Shown: piece after piece, positions 1 to 11,464 of the stretch
How the letters are laid out: each line of letters begins with the position of its first letter
Position numbering within the stretch: position 1 is the stretch's first letter
NCBI GenBank assembly: GCA_043228905.1
Contig: JBHGNT010000008.1
Span: forward strand, 18,228,001-18,292,000
Length of the DNA: 64,000 nucleotides
Reading direction: 5' to 3'
Source: Azolla caroliniana
Taxonomy: Eukaryota; Plantae; Polypodiophyta
Notes under the pieces: model-generated
Told to the model about the DNA's origin: nothing
Databases searched by the model: none
What the model saw: the letters and a program-made list of their open reading frames with translations, nothing else
Translations under genes and position numbers: made by a program

Positions 1-538
1 AAAGGAAACAAAAATATTCGGTTCAAACTGTCGAGACTCATGGGTAGGAGATAGAGTGAGAGCGAGAGTGATAACGAAAGAGAGAGGGTGTGTGTGTGTG
101 TGCGTGCGAGAGAGAGAGTGAGAGAGATAAGACTTGAAATAGAAATGAGATTATATTATGATGAAACAAGATTACAATGAGTAGGCTAAAGGTAAAGACT
201 AGTGTTGAACCGAATGAGTTGAAATGAATGTATGGACACTTATTTATAGATCCTTATGGAGTATTCTAGAATGTTCTAGAATATTTTAGATTTTTATGAT
301 AAGAAATATAATCATGAAATATTAAAGGATGTTCTAGAATAATCTAGAATGTTCTAGAATATTCTAATATCTCGTAATAACTAAAAATATAATTATTATA
401 ATCACACAACATATATATTATTACAATGGTTAAGGGTGCAACACATAGACCAAGAAGTTGTGGGTTCAATTCTTGATAAGCCAAAATGTTGTCTTCATGA
501 CAACGGATAGCTGGAATTTGTCATTGGCATTTCGAACA
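1..538 (-). mobile_element. probable LTR fragment (runs off window start)
   Basis: Ends in ...TTCGAACA at 538; minus-strand TATA (CTATAAATA at 241-249); repeated TTCTAGAA motifs and GA/GT microsatellite. Partner end not visible. Confidence 0.3.
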
Positions 539-587
539 CACAATTACAAAGAGGCGGATGGGTTTAGTGGATGTGCTAAACCACACA

Positions 588-914
588 CTCTGATACCATG
601 TTAATAATTAGGTGATTAACTACGGGTTAAGATAAGCGGAAGATTAAGTGATATGTGTGTGAGAGGAAGTTACACTTATGAACAACACAAGATGGGGGAT
701 GATTAACTCTATATTAAATTAGCATTATCATCATCATCATCAAATACAAAAATACCCACAATGAGGTATATATAGATCTCATGTGCAAGGGTGCACATGT
801 GTGAGGAGAATATAGGTACAAGGGTGTAAGTCCTATATTAAATGTACTTGTGAATGGAGGATCTAGAATATCCCACTTAAGTACAAGGTCCTAGTTAAGG
901 CATTATAGTCAACA
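588..914 (-). mobile_element. LTR (about 599-914) with tRNA-iMet primer-binding site (588-598)
   Basis: CTCTGATACCA at 588-598 is the reverse complement of the canonical Met PBS TGGTATCAGAG and abuts TG at 599. The right LTR end (CAACA at 914) is a best guess. Confidence 0.6.
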
Positions 915-978
915 CTTCTAACTAGATTTTATCTAGGTAACTACTAAATTACATGGTTGACTAACTAACTAAACTAAG

Positions 979-2640
979 TTGAGCTTGATCTCTCAACAGT
1001 ATACTATCACAACAATAAATCTAGCAAGTGTATTTCAAGAAGTGGAGCAAGGAAAAAGTGAACAAGGTACAATGGCCTTGGTGAATGGGCGCTTTGATGA
1101 AGTGATGGTGCACTTGCGACAATCTCAAGCAACTCACAACATCATTATTGATGGTGGCAGCTCTAGAGGGCATCAAGGAGTAACTTGTTATTCTTGTAAA
1201 GAGGAGGAAAACATCTTAACAAGATGGCCTCATCGACAACAAAGAGATATGGGAAGAGGCATGTATCAAGAGTAAAGGAATGGGCACCGACCTATCAATA
1301 ATGGAGTCAAAGGAGGCGAAGCCATAACACTTCCTATAGCTCAGGTTCCGACAATTCCTTATAATGTGAATCTTCTGAATTTGATTGATGATAGTGATAA
1401 TGCTTGTGAAGTAGTTGGACTTGTGAAAAGGACAAGAGCCTCCAAAAAGGAGAAAGAAGTAGAAGGAGAATCTAGTGCATCACATAAAAAATAAAGAATT
1501 GAAAGGAGAATCTAGTAATTCTCAATAAAAGAAAGCTAAGGAGACTAATTTGGAGGATAGACCTAGAAAGAAACATCCACGAAGAAAAATTAAAATTGAT
1601 GATATGCCTATGGGGAAGAGTGTGGAACCATTCAATCTCAAGCAAGAGTTAATCTCTTGTGCACTGCAGGTTACTTGGCCACAACTTCTTCAACTTTCTC
1701 TAACACAAAAAAAGGAGTGGGAATGTGTATTGAGTATACAAAAAAATATAAAGACATGACCTTTTACGAGAATTGTGCTAGTGAAAGATCAAATGAATAT
1801 TCGACCCACTATTTTGGTAACCATGAAAGGTCTTTTAATTAAGGATGCCATAGTAAATAGTGGTATTAGAATTGGTCCTTCATCCAATGTCATAGTGAAT
1901 AAGATTGGAAATCCTATTTGTCAAAAGTCCTCCAACAAGGTTGACATGGTTGATAGGGGTTTGGTTCCTTGTTTGGGAACTATAGAGGATATGGTTATTG
2001 ATTTTTTTGGCATATCCATTTCCATGGATTTACATGTAATACTCATTAAAGGTCTATCTTATTCCTTAATATTAGTAAGACCTTGGATGTAAGAATTACA
2101 TGTAATAAAGGATTGGAGTATCATGAATTTATCACCATCAAAAGGGTTTAACATATTCTACGACTTGTATCTACAACGAATAACCAAATGTATAAAGGAG
2201 ATAGAATCATCTACCGACAATAGCAAATAAGAAGAGGAAAGCATAACAAGTGATGAATCTTCATGGGATAGGGAAAATAAATTGTTGTACGTGGTGTTTA
2301 AGGGTAAAGAAGAAGTCATTGAAGAATGCATTATCACCTTGAAGGAAAAGAAGAAGAAGATTTCAAATGATATCCAAGGAGAAGAACATCTAAGGCTTAT
2401 TTCTCTTTCTACTAACTTGTTTCCAAAGTTATTCATAAGTAGTTGTTCAAATATAAAAGGGGTGGATGTGATGAAGCACCATATCAATTTGAAGAAGGAA
2501 AGTGTAACAATTACCAAAAAGCATCATCGATTGATGATTAGGCAAAACGAAGATCTTATAAAGGAGTACTAGACATTGTTGCATGCTAGTTTTATTTATC
2601 ATACGGAGGGTTTGAAGTGTGTGTCACTTATTGTTCGCTC
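979..2640 (+). pseudogene. highly degenerate Ty3/gypsy gag-protease-RT remnant
   Basis: Decayed zinc knuckle (CYSCKEEENILTRWP), aspartic-protease-like AIVNSG...YSLILVRPWM, RT-start-like MKHHINLK; many stops and frameshifts. Confidence 0.6.
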
Positions 2641-4592
2641 TCTTGAAATGTTTATTCATATGCTGACATACTTACTTCTATCAAGAAATATGCATCACGT
2701 GACCCTATGTAATTTCCAAGAATTGATCAAGACATAATAATTGTGGTAAATTCTTTCTTTGTGTTGACAAGGATGGTTATGACACAAACACCTTGACAAT
2801 TGTCATAACCATCTTTCTCCTTGTTGATTCTTGATATTTCTAACGATAAATTGTCTCCATAAACAAAGGGGCTCTCACCTCAAGAATATGTCCCCAATCA
2901 AAGTTCGAGATGGCTTGAGAGCTGAAAATGTATTAGAAAAGAACGACCTTCAGTTATATGCATAGATTGACACATGCGTGATATTCGTTATATTCTCCAT
3001 GCGTGATATTCTCAATATTCAAGAATACAAAATGGCCCCAAGAATATTATAAAACCATTCATTTTATAAAATAAATATATAAAATATTAATTAATTAATT
3101 AATTAATTAAAATAAATTTAATTCACTAAAAAAAGAACAATCATTCATTAATACATTATAAACATATGATTAGTATTAACTCTCCTTTATATTGTCAAAT
3201 AAAAAATGGGGAAGTTTATGAACCTTTATCTTAATTAATTAATTTCTTAAAAAAATGAATATTTTTGTATTTATTATAGAAATATGCTAGTGTGAAGTCC
3301 AATTTTTAATGTCAAAATAAAAATATCCATAAATTTTGAGAGAATAAAAAGTGAGGAATTAATGACCATTTATTTTATTTTATTTATTTATTAAGTATAA
3401 AACGAATACCTGTATATTTATTATATAAATTTATTAGTGTCAAGTAGTGTTGCCTTTTGACGACCGTTTTGACTATTTTTGGCAAATTTAACCGTATATG
3501 AAGGTCAATTTAAAAATGAAACCATCAATCTTGACGAGCATATGTTTTATGAAAACGTAAAAATGAAGGCTTAAAATTTCCTAATACCGTCAAATTTTGC
3601 TAAGACCAATACAATAGTATTATAGTCCCAGGAACAATGTTAACGTTCCGGTTGCATTGGGACTAAACACGTTCGCGTTCAGAAGTGGAAGGATCGCGCA
3701 TTCCACTTTTAGATTCCCTTTGTAGTCACACAATTTTAGCTTGTTGTGAAATCAGACGTGCACCAGTATCACATGATCAACTAAAGATGGTGAATTTACT
3801 GATTTATTAATTTGATGCATCTCTATACCTAGAGAACATGCTATTTATTGGAGAAAATATAAATGTATGAGATTTATTTTGCAATGTTTACAAATTTAGG
3901 GTTGGGATTTACCACGCATTCATTTGATACAAATTAATTATTTGAGGAAAGCATTAACAAACAGGGATTCAATTTTCGTGAGATGTAAAATGCAGAGGTT
4001 TACAATGGTTAAACTTTCCAAGAGAGGTGTATATGCTATTTGAGAAATTGATATTTACATATTATTGAATACAATACATCGCAATTAATCCTTAGTAAAG
4101 ATCATTAGGATATAATACCAAATGTATATGTTCATGACAACACATGAAAATTAGAAGTAGAAAGCGTACTCATAACTATTAGTTTACATGACATTAGACA
4201 TAAAAGAATATACCCAAAACATTATGACAATTATTAAGGCATAGGCAGTGCTAAATTTTTGGGTGCCAAAATAGAGACAACACTCCAGTAGTAACCTTGA
4301 AGCATGTATTAAAATTTTCATTTGATTGTGTACACATAAACACTAAATCAAGAAGTTAAACACATATATACAAATGGAGTACTAATCATCTATACAGAAC
4401 ACACATTGATAGCCCTCCATACATCCAGTCCAGACAACCATCAACCATAGAAACATGATTGTTGATGTATAATCCCCTCCAATAAAGCAAATACTCCCCA
4501 ATATCTACCAATGCCTCCTTCAGTCCCACTATAAGTTTTGGACGTGCATCTTATGTGGTTCTCTGATCTCCAAAGGACGACGTCTTGTATTC

Positions 4593-5399
4593 TCATCCAA
4601 AGGGCAGACTGTGATGGATATGGGTTATCAGAAGGTTAAAAACTTGCCCCTTATGCACAAGCTTTCTATGGATGATGTCCCATCTTATTTTATTTTGTTC
4701 GGATAACAATACACCAGACGCAAGCTCTGCTCCTAGTGTAGATCGAGCCTCATCATCTTCTATTGAACTCGATGACTCAAAATATGACATTCTTGTCACC
4801 TTCTTTTTTTGAGGCCTGGATTGCACAACATATTTCTTTATTGGTGCTTTAACAAGTGATAAAGAGGTTGCCTTTAAATTAACATGGCCTTGAATGTATG
4901 GCCTCAGTGTTGTTATCAGGTTGGTACTTGTCTCAATAGCATTCCAGAAGGATTCTGGCCCGCATGAATCCTTCAACAAGTAGTCTTCGGAGATGGTCAT
5001 CTTACGAACTCCTTTTTTACAGCTGACTAACACAATCAAATTAGTTGAGTCCGAGTCTTCATAGTCAAGCCGCAAAATTTTGCCATAGCTAAATGGTCGA
5101 TCTTGGGCAAGCATCCCACGTCCGTCCAGTCTGGAAACTAAGAGTACTACCTTCTTTTTCGAGTCGACATATTGCAATGCCCACTCGTGTCCAATTAAGT
5201 CTCTATCCAACTGGTCTTCACCTCCTCCAGCCATGACAGATGTCTTCTGACTAACTTCGTCAGACGGCTGCCTCATGACTTCATCCTCAAACACGAGTTT
5301 CTTTCCCTTTTGCGGATACATGACAACATGGATCTTTGTTTTCTTTGGAGGAGAGCTTTGATACTTAATCCGATTATTTTTTAGTGGCCTCTCCTCCAT
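4593..5399 (-). CDS. orphan 268-aa ORF inside the Sola-like element, divergent from the transposase
   Basis: Long ORF in AT-rich DNA with a basic N-terminus; a splice acceptor (TTTCATGTAG, AG at 5414-5413) lies just upstream of the ATG; coding-like sequence continues after a probable frameshift to about 4390. No recognisable domain. Confidence 0.55.
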   Translation of the reverse strand: MEERPLKNNRIKYQSSPPKKTKIHVVMYPQKGKKLVFEDEVMRQPSDEVSQKTSVMAGGGEDQLDRDLIGHEWALQYVDSKKKVVLLVSRLDGRGMLAQDRPFSYGKILRLDYEDSDSTNLIVLVSCKKGVRKMTISEDYLLKDSCGPESFWNAIETSTNLITTLRPYIQGHVNLKATSLSLVKAPIKKYVVQSRPQKKKVTRMSYFESSSSIEDDEARSTLGAELASGVLLSEQNKIRWDIIHRKLVHKGQVFNLLITHIHHSLPFG

Positions 5400-6009
5400 A
5401 GGATCAGTTGACCTACATGAAATAATAGAACAATGAACCTAAACCTACATTCTCTCAAATGATAATGTATTGTAAGATGGTAAGGTTTGGAAAATGAGAA
5501 TTCAAAAAATAGTTTGGCCTCATTAAGCTCTTACCTAACAACTTGTGTAAGGGACCTACTTAAAGGGTGTAGTAATAAGGTCAAAAACCTAGTAAGAGGC
5601 ACTGGAAAGGGAGTTAGATAACGGAATAGTGAAACCTAAACCTATATCCTCCTAACTCGCAATGGTAGTAAGGTAGTAAGGTGGTATGGTAATGTTTTGG
5701 CCTCACTTCAGTCTTACAGTATGCACATTCCTAGTAAATGAAGGTGGTTACAAGGCATGATTACAAGGCAAGAAAAATGTATATCTAACGTCTCTGTATT
5801 CTCTAAACCCTCAAATTACTAGAATTTTGACATCCCCATCAGCGTTCAGATCTCAGATTGCAGGCCAAATTCTATTGTATTTTGACCTTAATTCAGAATT
5901 TCTAAACATGTTTTTACTTCTTATTTTTAGCCTAATGCTTGCTTTCATGTTTCTAATGGTGTAATGTATATTAATAGTGTGGTCTAACTACCCTAGTGGC
6001 TTTGTGACG

Positions 6010-6064
6010 AACTCGATACGGCGTATCGAGTTCTGCCGTAAGGAGCCTCAACTCGATATGGTGT
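6010..6064. repeat. palindromic 23-bp repeat array, left part
   Basis: AACTCGATAC-GGC-GTATCGAGTT (6010-6032), a 17-bp spacer, then a second unit cut at its centre by the LTR element. Confidence 0.9.
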
Positions 6065-6927
6065 TGTCGTGAAGATCCGTCACTACGTGCGGATTGTGAG
6101 GCGGAACCGCCGGGGTCCTAGACCGGAAGGATTCGAAGTTTGCACTAACTTTAGCGAGAAAGTATTTAAGATAGATTGAGAGAGATTGATATGACGAAAG
6201 AGAGATATTGAGATAAAGATTGAACTTTTAACTTTTAGATTTAAGAGAGAAGATACATCAACAATAGTTTTACAAGTTTCTTATTTTTCCCAAATATTTC
6301 ATTAGTCCCATTTGCTTGATTCCTCCACTCTTTTATAGGTGCCCCCATGCATATGGTGCATGTGAGGGTGCAAGACATGCACGTAATGCATGAAATGCAT
6401 GCTTGCCATGTCATAATCTAAGCTCTCATCTATGAGAATTTACATGTAAAAGTATAATGATAAAAATATAGCTTCTAAGGAAATGACTTGGCTCGCTGGC
6501 TCCGTCCAATTGTTGTCGCCGCTTCCGGTTGGCCAAAACCTTTACAAGTACTTTAGGGTTCGTCGTCTCGGCAGATCCGTCTGATCGTTGTCCAGTTCCG
6601 ATCGGCCAAAACATTTACAAGTAGTTAGGCCACACCCACTCATTTGGTTAGTTTAGCTCAAGTCACCTTAAACATTCTATATGATCTAATCATAGACACA
6701 AAGTAATAGATTTTGGCCCTACTTATATATACTCTAGGATCCTTATTTGTCTTGTCTATGTGGGATATTTCGTAGTTTTGTTTTGTTCTCTTCCTCTTCG
6801 CAAACTTTATACCCACATAACTTGCCACTTAGTTGTCTGTTTCTTATGTGGTAAAGTGTATTCGAAAGCTCTTGAAGACCTCCATCTTTTTGTACCAAGA
6901 TATTAAACTAGTATAAAATAGTATCTT

Positions 6928-7293
6928 CACTATTATTGTTTTATGTTGTGTGTTAAGAACCACACTCGATTTTGTACATTCCTCGCAATTTTCACACCGT
7001 TGCCGAAAATCTTCACGACATCCACCCTCACCAAACCGCATGTCCTCTGGTACGTGCCAAGAAGAGAGAGTGAGAGATTTCGGCTATGGTAATTAGTATG
7101 ATTCCTCCATCACTATTATTGTTTTATGTTGTGTGTTAAGAACCACACTCGATTTTGTACATTCCTCGCAATTTTCACACCGTTGCCGAAAATCTTCACG
7201 ACATCCACCCTCACCAAACCGCATGTCCTCTGGTACGTGCCAAGAAGAGAGAGTGAGAGATTTCGGCTATGGTAATTAGTATGATTCCTCCAT
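6928..7293. repeat. 183-bp tandem duplication spanning the PPT/3'-LTR boundary
   Basis: 6928-7110 is repeated at 7111-7293 with no visible differences. Confidence 0.92.
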
Positions 7294-8310
7294 TTTGAGC
7301 ATGAACCATTGTCGCCACCCAATCCACCATATCATTCGCTCATTCTTTGCTTTACCATGACTAGTTGTCATGGCCCCTTGTTCTCCTTTCGAACATAACT
7401 CTTTAGGCTTTATGCACGTTCCACCTTTGTCTTGATCGTCTCCTTGCTCAATGCACTTTGACCCATCGCACATTTTTGTTTTGTGTCTTTCTCCCCAAGT
7501 CTTTATCTGAATAATGACATTGACTACCCCATGTAGTATCTTCAAGTGCATGCCCACTTTGAGATCCTTACGCGACCATGCTCTATATTTCTCACTTTGT
7601 CCAGTTTCATGATACAATCTCATGTTAGAGTTAAAAATCTTCACACTAGCATCTTTGATAGATGTTTTGATCACATTCTTCGGATCCTGATGGTTGGCTT
7701 GGCCATCGCCATCCCTTGTCATACTTTGCTCGAACTCTTTGTCAAGCACACCAGCTTTAACCCTTGCTTCTTTGTCGTCACTGTCCTTCTCTTGGGTCTT
7801 ACATCGATTAATGCCCAAGTCTCCAGAACGAGTGTGGAGGGATCCATACATTTGCATCATTCGCCTTTTTCATGTTGCACTTAGCCATTTCCATCTTAAA
7901 GTTGTTCGAATCAGCATTGACCTTTGCTTCCTCGCCACCAGCTTCCGTCTCTTGGGTCTTACATCAGTTAATGCCCAAGTCTCTAGAACTATTACGGGGA
8001 AAGGCTCTTCATGGCCATTCACCATCTTCGTCTTGACATCATTTTCCATAGCTATCTCTTCAAACTCATGGGCCTCGTACCCATTGATCCTTTTCATTGA
8101 GAAATCCTTTATTATGCTTCTCTCTTCTTCGCATGTATTAGTTTCGACCTTCGGTTCTTCGCCATCACCTCCCGTCTCTTGGGTCTTACATCGGTTCTCG
8201 GATGCAATTGCCCAAGTCTCTGGAACAAGTGTGAAGAAAATTTGGCCATTGTCATTGTCTGTATTATCTTGGTCCTTCTCTTCCTTTTCGCTATCATCCG
8301 TCCTTGGGTC

Positions 8311-9010
8311 TCACGTTGGTTCCCAGGCACAACTGCCCAAGTCTCTAGATGAAGTGTTCGGAAAGTCTCCACATGACCATCCGCCATCGACTCGTCCATA
8401 GCCAATGAACAAGAAGTACAAAGTCTCTTCAATCCCCAACTCTCTTCTATCCTTTATGTCCACAACCTTCAAGAAGTACAAAGTCTTGTCCTCCTCAAGC
8501 AACACTTGGTCCGTGGCGGGGAGACGACGAAACATTTGGTCGAACTCATCGTACACCCTCGAAGCACTCATCCTCTTATTCTTTTTTTCTATCCACTTCA
8601 TCAAGGTATGTTGAGTCATCCTCGACAAATCTTCTGTCGCGAACTCCGCTAATATCACTTTCTCGAACCCAGACCATGTTGTCTTCCCTTCTTGAAGCTT
8701 GACGATGCGCCTTTGGACATTGTTGGCGACCACTCTCTTGAAACTTGTAATTTGACGCGCTTCGGACACATCCCTTTGATTCATCTCCCTTTTGTATGCA
8801 TCAAGGAACTTTGTAATGCTCCTTCCATCAAATTGACCCTCGAGCTCCACGACACGGTCGACTCTCCACGCTCGCATCGTTGTCTCGAGATCTCATCATT
8901 TGTTCGACGATTAGCATCATCCTTTCGAACTCTCCCTCATGATTGCTTGAGGATGCCATCTCCAAGTATCGGTCTATCCTCGACTGGATCCTTCCTACCA
9001 CATCTTTCAC
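8311..9010 (-). pseudogene. gag N-terminal domain of element C (frameshifted)
   Basis: GQFDGRSITKFLDAYKREM...TWSGFE aligns by eye with gypsy A gag GRFVGKDATSYLVAYRAEM...SWGEFE (27038-27700). Confidence 0.75.
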
Positions 9011-9023
9011 GTCGGGTTCACCA
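9006..9023 (-). promoter_or_regulatory. primer-binding site complementary to tRNA-Trp
   Basis: Plus strand TTCACGTCGGGTTCACCA equals the 3' 18 nt of plant cytosolic tRNA-Trp as I recall it; 8 nt from the LTR. Confidence 0.85.
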
Positions 9024-9467
9024 CTTAATTATGTCATGCAGATCCGTCACCACGTGCAAATCGTGAGGTGGAACCGTCGGGGTCCTGGACCGGAAGGATT
9101 TGAAGTTTGCACTAACTTTAGCAAGAAAGTATTTAAGATAGATTGAGAGAGATTGATATGACGAAAGAGAGATATTGAGATAAAGATTGAACTTTTAACT
9201 TTTAGATTTAAGAGAGAAGATACATCAACAATAGGATTACAAGTTTCTTATTTTTCCCAAATATTTCATTAGTCCCATTTGCTTGATTCCTCCACTCTTT
9301 TATAGATGCTCCCATGCATATGGTGCATGTGAGGGTGCAAGACATGCACGTAATGCATGAAATGCATGCTTGCCATGTCATAATCTAAGCTCTCATCTAT
9401 GAGAATTTACATGTAAAAGTGTAATGATAAAAATATAGCTTCTAAGGAAATGACTTGGCTCACCGAC

Positions 9468-9830
9468 TCCGTCCAGTTGTCGTCTTGCCGTTGGCTCCGT
9501 CCAGTTGTCGTCTTGCCGTTGGCTCCGTCCAGTTGTCGTCTTGCCGTTGGCTCCGTCCAGTCGTCGTCTTGCCGCTGGCTCCATCCAGTCGTCGTCTTGC
9601 CGCCGGATCCGTCCGGTCGCCGTCGTCGGCTCCATCCGATCGCCGTCTAGTTCCCGTCGGCCAAAACATTTACAAGTAGTTTAGGGGTCGCTGGCTCGCC
9701 GGCTCTGTCCAGTCGCTGTCTTGCCGCCGGATCCGTCCAGTCGTTGTCGCCGGCTCCATCCGATTGCCGTCTAGTTCCCGTCGGCCAAAACATTTACAAG
9801 TAGTTTAGGGGTCGCCGTCTCGCCGGATCC
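9468..9830. repeat. 28-bp tandem repeats plus a roughly 123-bp duplication inside the 5' LTR of element C
   Basis: TCCGTCCAGTTGTCGTCTTGCCGTTGGC units start at 9468, 9496, 9524, 9552 and 9580. Confidence 0.9.
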
Positions 9831-10268
9831 GTCCGATCACCGCCCGGTTCCGATCAACCAAGACCTTTACAAGTAGTTAGGCCACACCTATGCATCTGGT
9901 TAGTTTAACGCAAGTCACCTTAAACATTGTATGATCCACTCATAGACACAAATTAATAGATTTTGGCCCTAGTTATATAATCTGGGATCCTTATTTGTCC
10001 TGTCTATGTGGGATATCTCGTAGTTTTGTTTTTTTCTCTTCTTCTTCGCAAACTTTATACCCACATAACTTGCCACTTAGTTGTCTGTTTCTTATGTGGT
10101 AAAGTGTATTCGAAAGCTCTTGAAGATCTCCATCTTTCTGTACCAAGATATTAAACTAGTATAAAATAGTATCTTCACTATTATTGTTTTATGTTGTGTG
10201 TTAAGAACCACACTCAATTTTGTACATTCCTCGCAATTTTCACACTATTGCCAAAAATCTTCATGACA

Positions 10269-10478
10269 GCGTATCGAGTTCTGGCGTTAGGAGCCTCAAC
10301 TCGATACGGTGTATCATGTTGGGGGTCACAACTCGGTACGACGTATCGACTTCTAGCGTTAGGAGCCTCAACTCGATACGATATATCGAGTTGGGGGTCT
10401 CAACTCGATACGACATATCGAGTTGGGGGTCTCAACTCGATACGACGTTAGGAGCTAAATAAGAGCTCGATACGACGT
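10269..10478. repeat. palindromic 23-bp repeat array, right part
   Basis: Further AACTCGATAC-NNN-RTATCGAGTT units separated by recurring spacers CTRGCGTTAGGAGCCTC or GGGGGTCWC. Confidence 0.9.
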
Positions 10479-10499
10479 ACAAAGACAACGATAGAGAAG

Positions 10500-10908
10500 G
10501 AGAAGACACGTCTACGTCATCTTAAACGTCTTCCTAAAGATGTCAACGATGATTGTCTCGTGTAGATGCACTTGGTGGGTTGTTTAGCGTATAATGGAAG
10601 TGTTAAGCGTCATGTCTTCGTTACCTACCCAAATGTCCACAATGACCCTAATTTAATGTTGACTGTGATTCAAAAAGTTTTTATGTCTTGGGGGCAGTCT
10701 TTGCTGCTAGCTTTATATATTGAACTTGACAATACTGCTTGTGAAAACAAAAATTCTACAGTCTTTAGTTATTTAAGTATGCTGGTGAACCAAGGAATTT
10801 TTAGGAAAGTGAAAGTTAACTTTCTATTGGTTGGTCACACACATGACCATATCGATCAGATGTTCAATAACTTCTCTAGGCAGTTATCACAATATGATGC
10901 TTTCACGT
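10500..10908 (+). pseudogene. Sola-like transposase, catalytic-core segment (5'-truncated)
   Basis: KTRLRHLKRLPK..*MHLVGC...YIELDNTACENKN...FLLVGHTHDHIDQMF; interrupted after DAFT by gypsy A. Confidence 0.8.
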
Positions 10909-11045
10909 TGTCATGTTATCCTGTACGTGTAGGAGAAACCAAGGCGGAACCGCAGGGTTCTTGAACCGAGGAATTAACAAACAGAAGGAGGAGCACCACG
11001 AACCCACAGCCAAGCCGCGCACACACAGATACACAGAGAACTCAC

Positions 11046-11077
<32 letters not shown>

Positions 11078-11087
11078 ATATATACAT

Positions 11088-11135
<48 letters not shown>

Positions 11136-11183
11136 ATATATATACATACACATATACATATATATATATATACATACATATAT
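11046..11183. repeat. (AT/AC)n microsatellite within LTR A
   Basis: Long AT run with interspersed AC; the other LTR has only a short (AT)n at about 27866-27898. Confidence 0.95.
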
Positions 11184-11464
11184 AATCAAGATTACAGCCG
11201 GCTAGCCGGCAAGTGCCAACTCACTGACACCAACTTACACAACAACAAGAGATGGAGCCTTTGCCGGAAGCACTCGGGCTTTCCACGAAGCAGAGGTAGC
11301 CTCCCGAACCCTACAGAGAACGATGAAAGACAGAGGAAAAGAACTCGGTTCCAGTCCGACAACACTTAGTCCTCGACCAAAGCGATCCCCTTCTCAACCT
11401 TCTTCCCCCCCCCCCTTTATAGGCCTTCGGGAAACAGACCGTTATACCCTGGTTACATCATCTT

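Larger units (their letters stand above)
6065..10268 (-). mobile_element. non-autonomous gag-only LTR retrotransposon (element C, TR-GAG-like, Trp-primed gypsy group)
   Basis: LTRs 6065-7020 and 9032-10268 (TGTCRTG...CAYGACA); TSD GTGT/GCGT; PPT-like tract at about 7021-7039; Trp PBS at 9006-9023; gag homology but no pol. Confidence 0.9.

Noticed and set aside
6010-10478. CRISPR array
   Set aside because: Spacers are short (9 or 17 bp) and recur rather than being unique; the context is eukaryotic and no cas genes are present.
10903-11189. YI/YV-repeat ORFs
   Set aside because: Translations of the (AT)n microsatellite.
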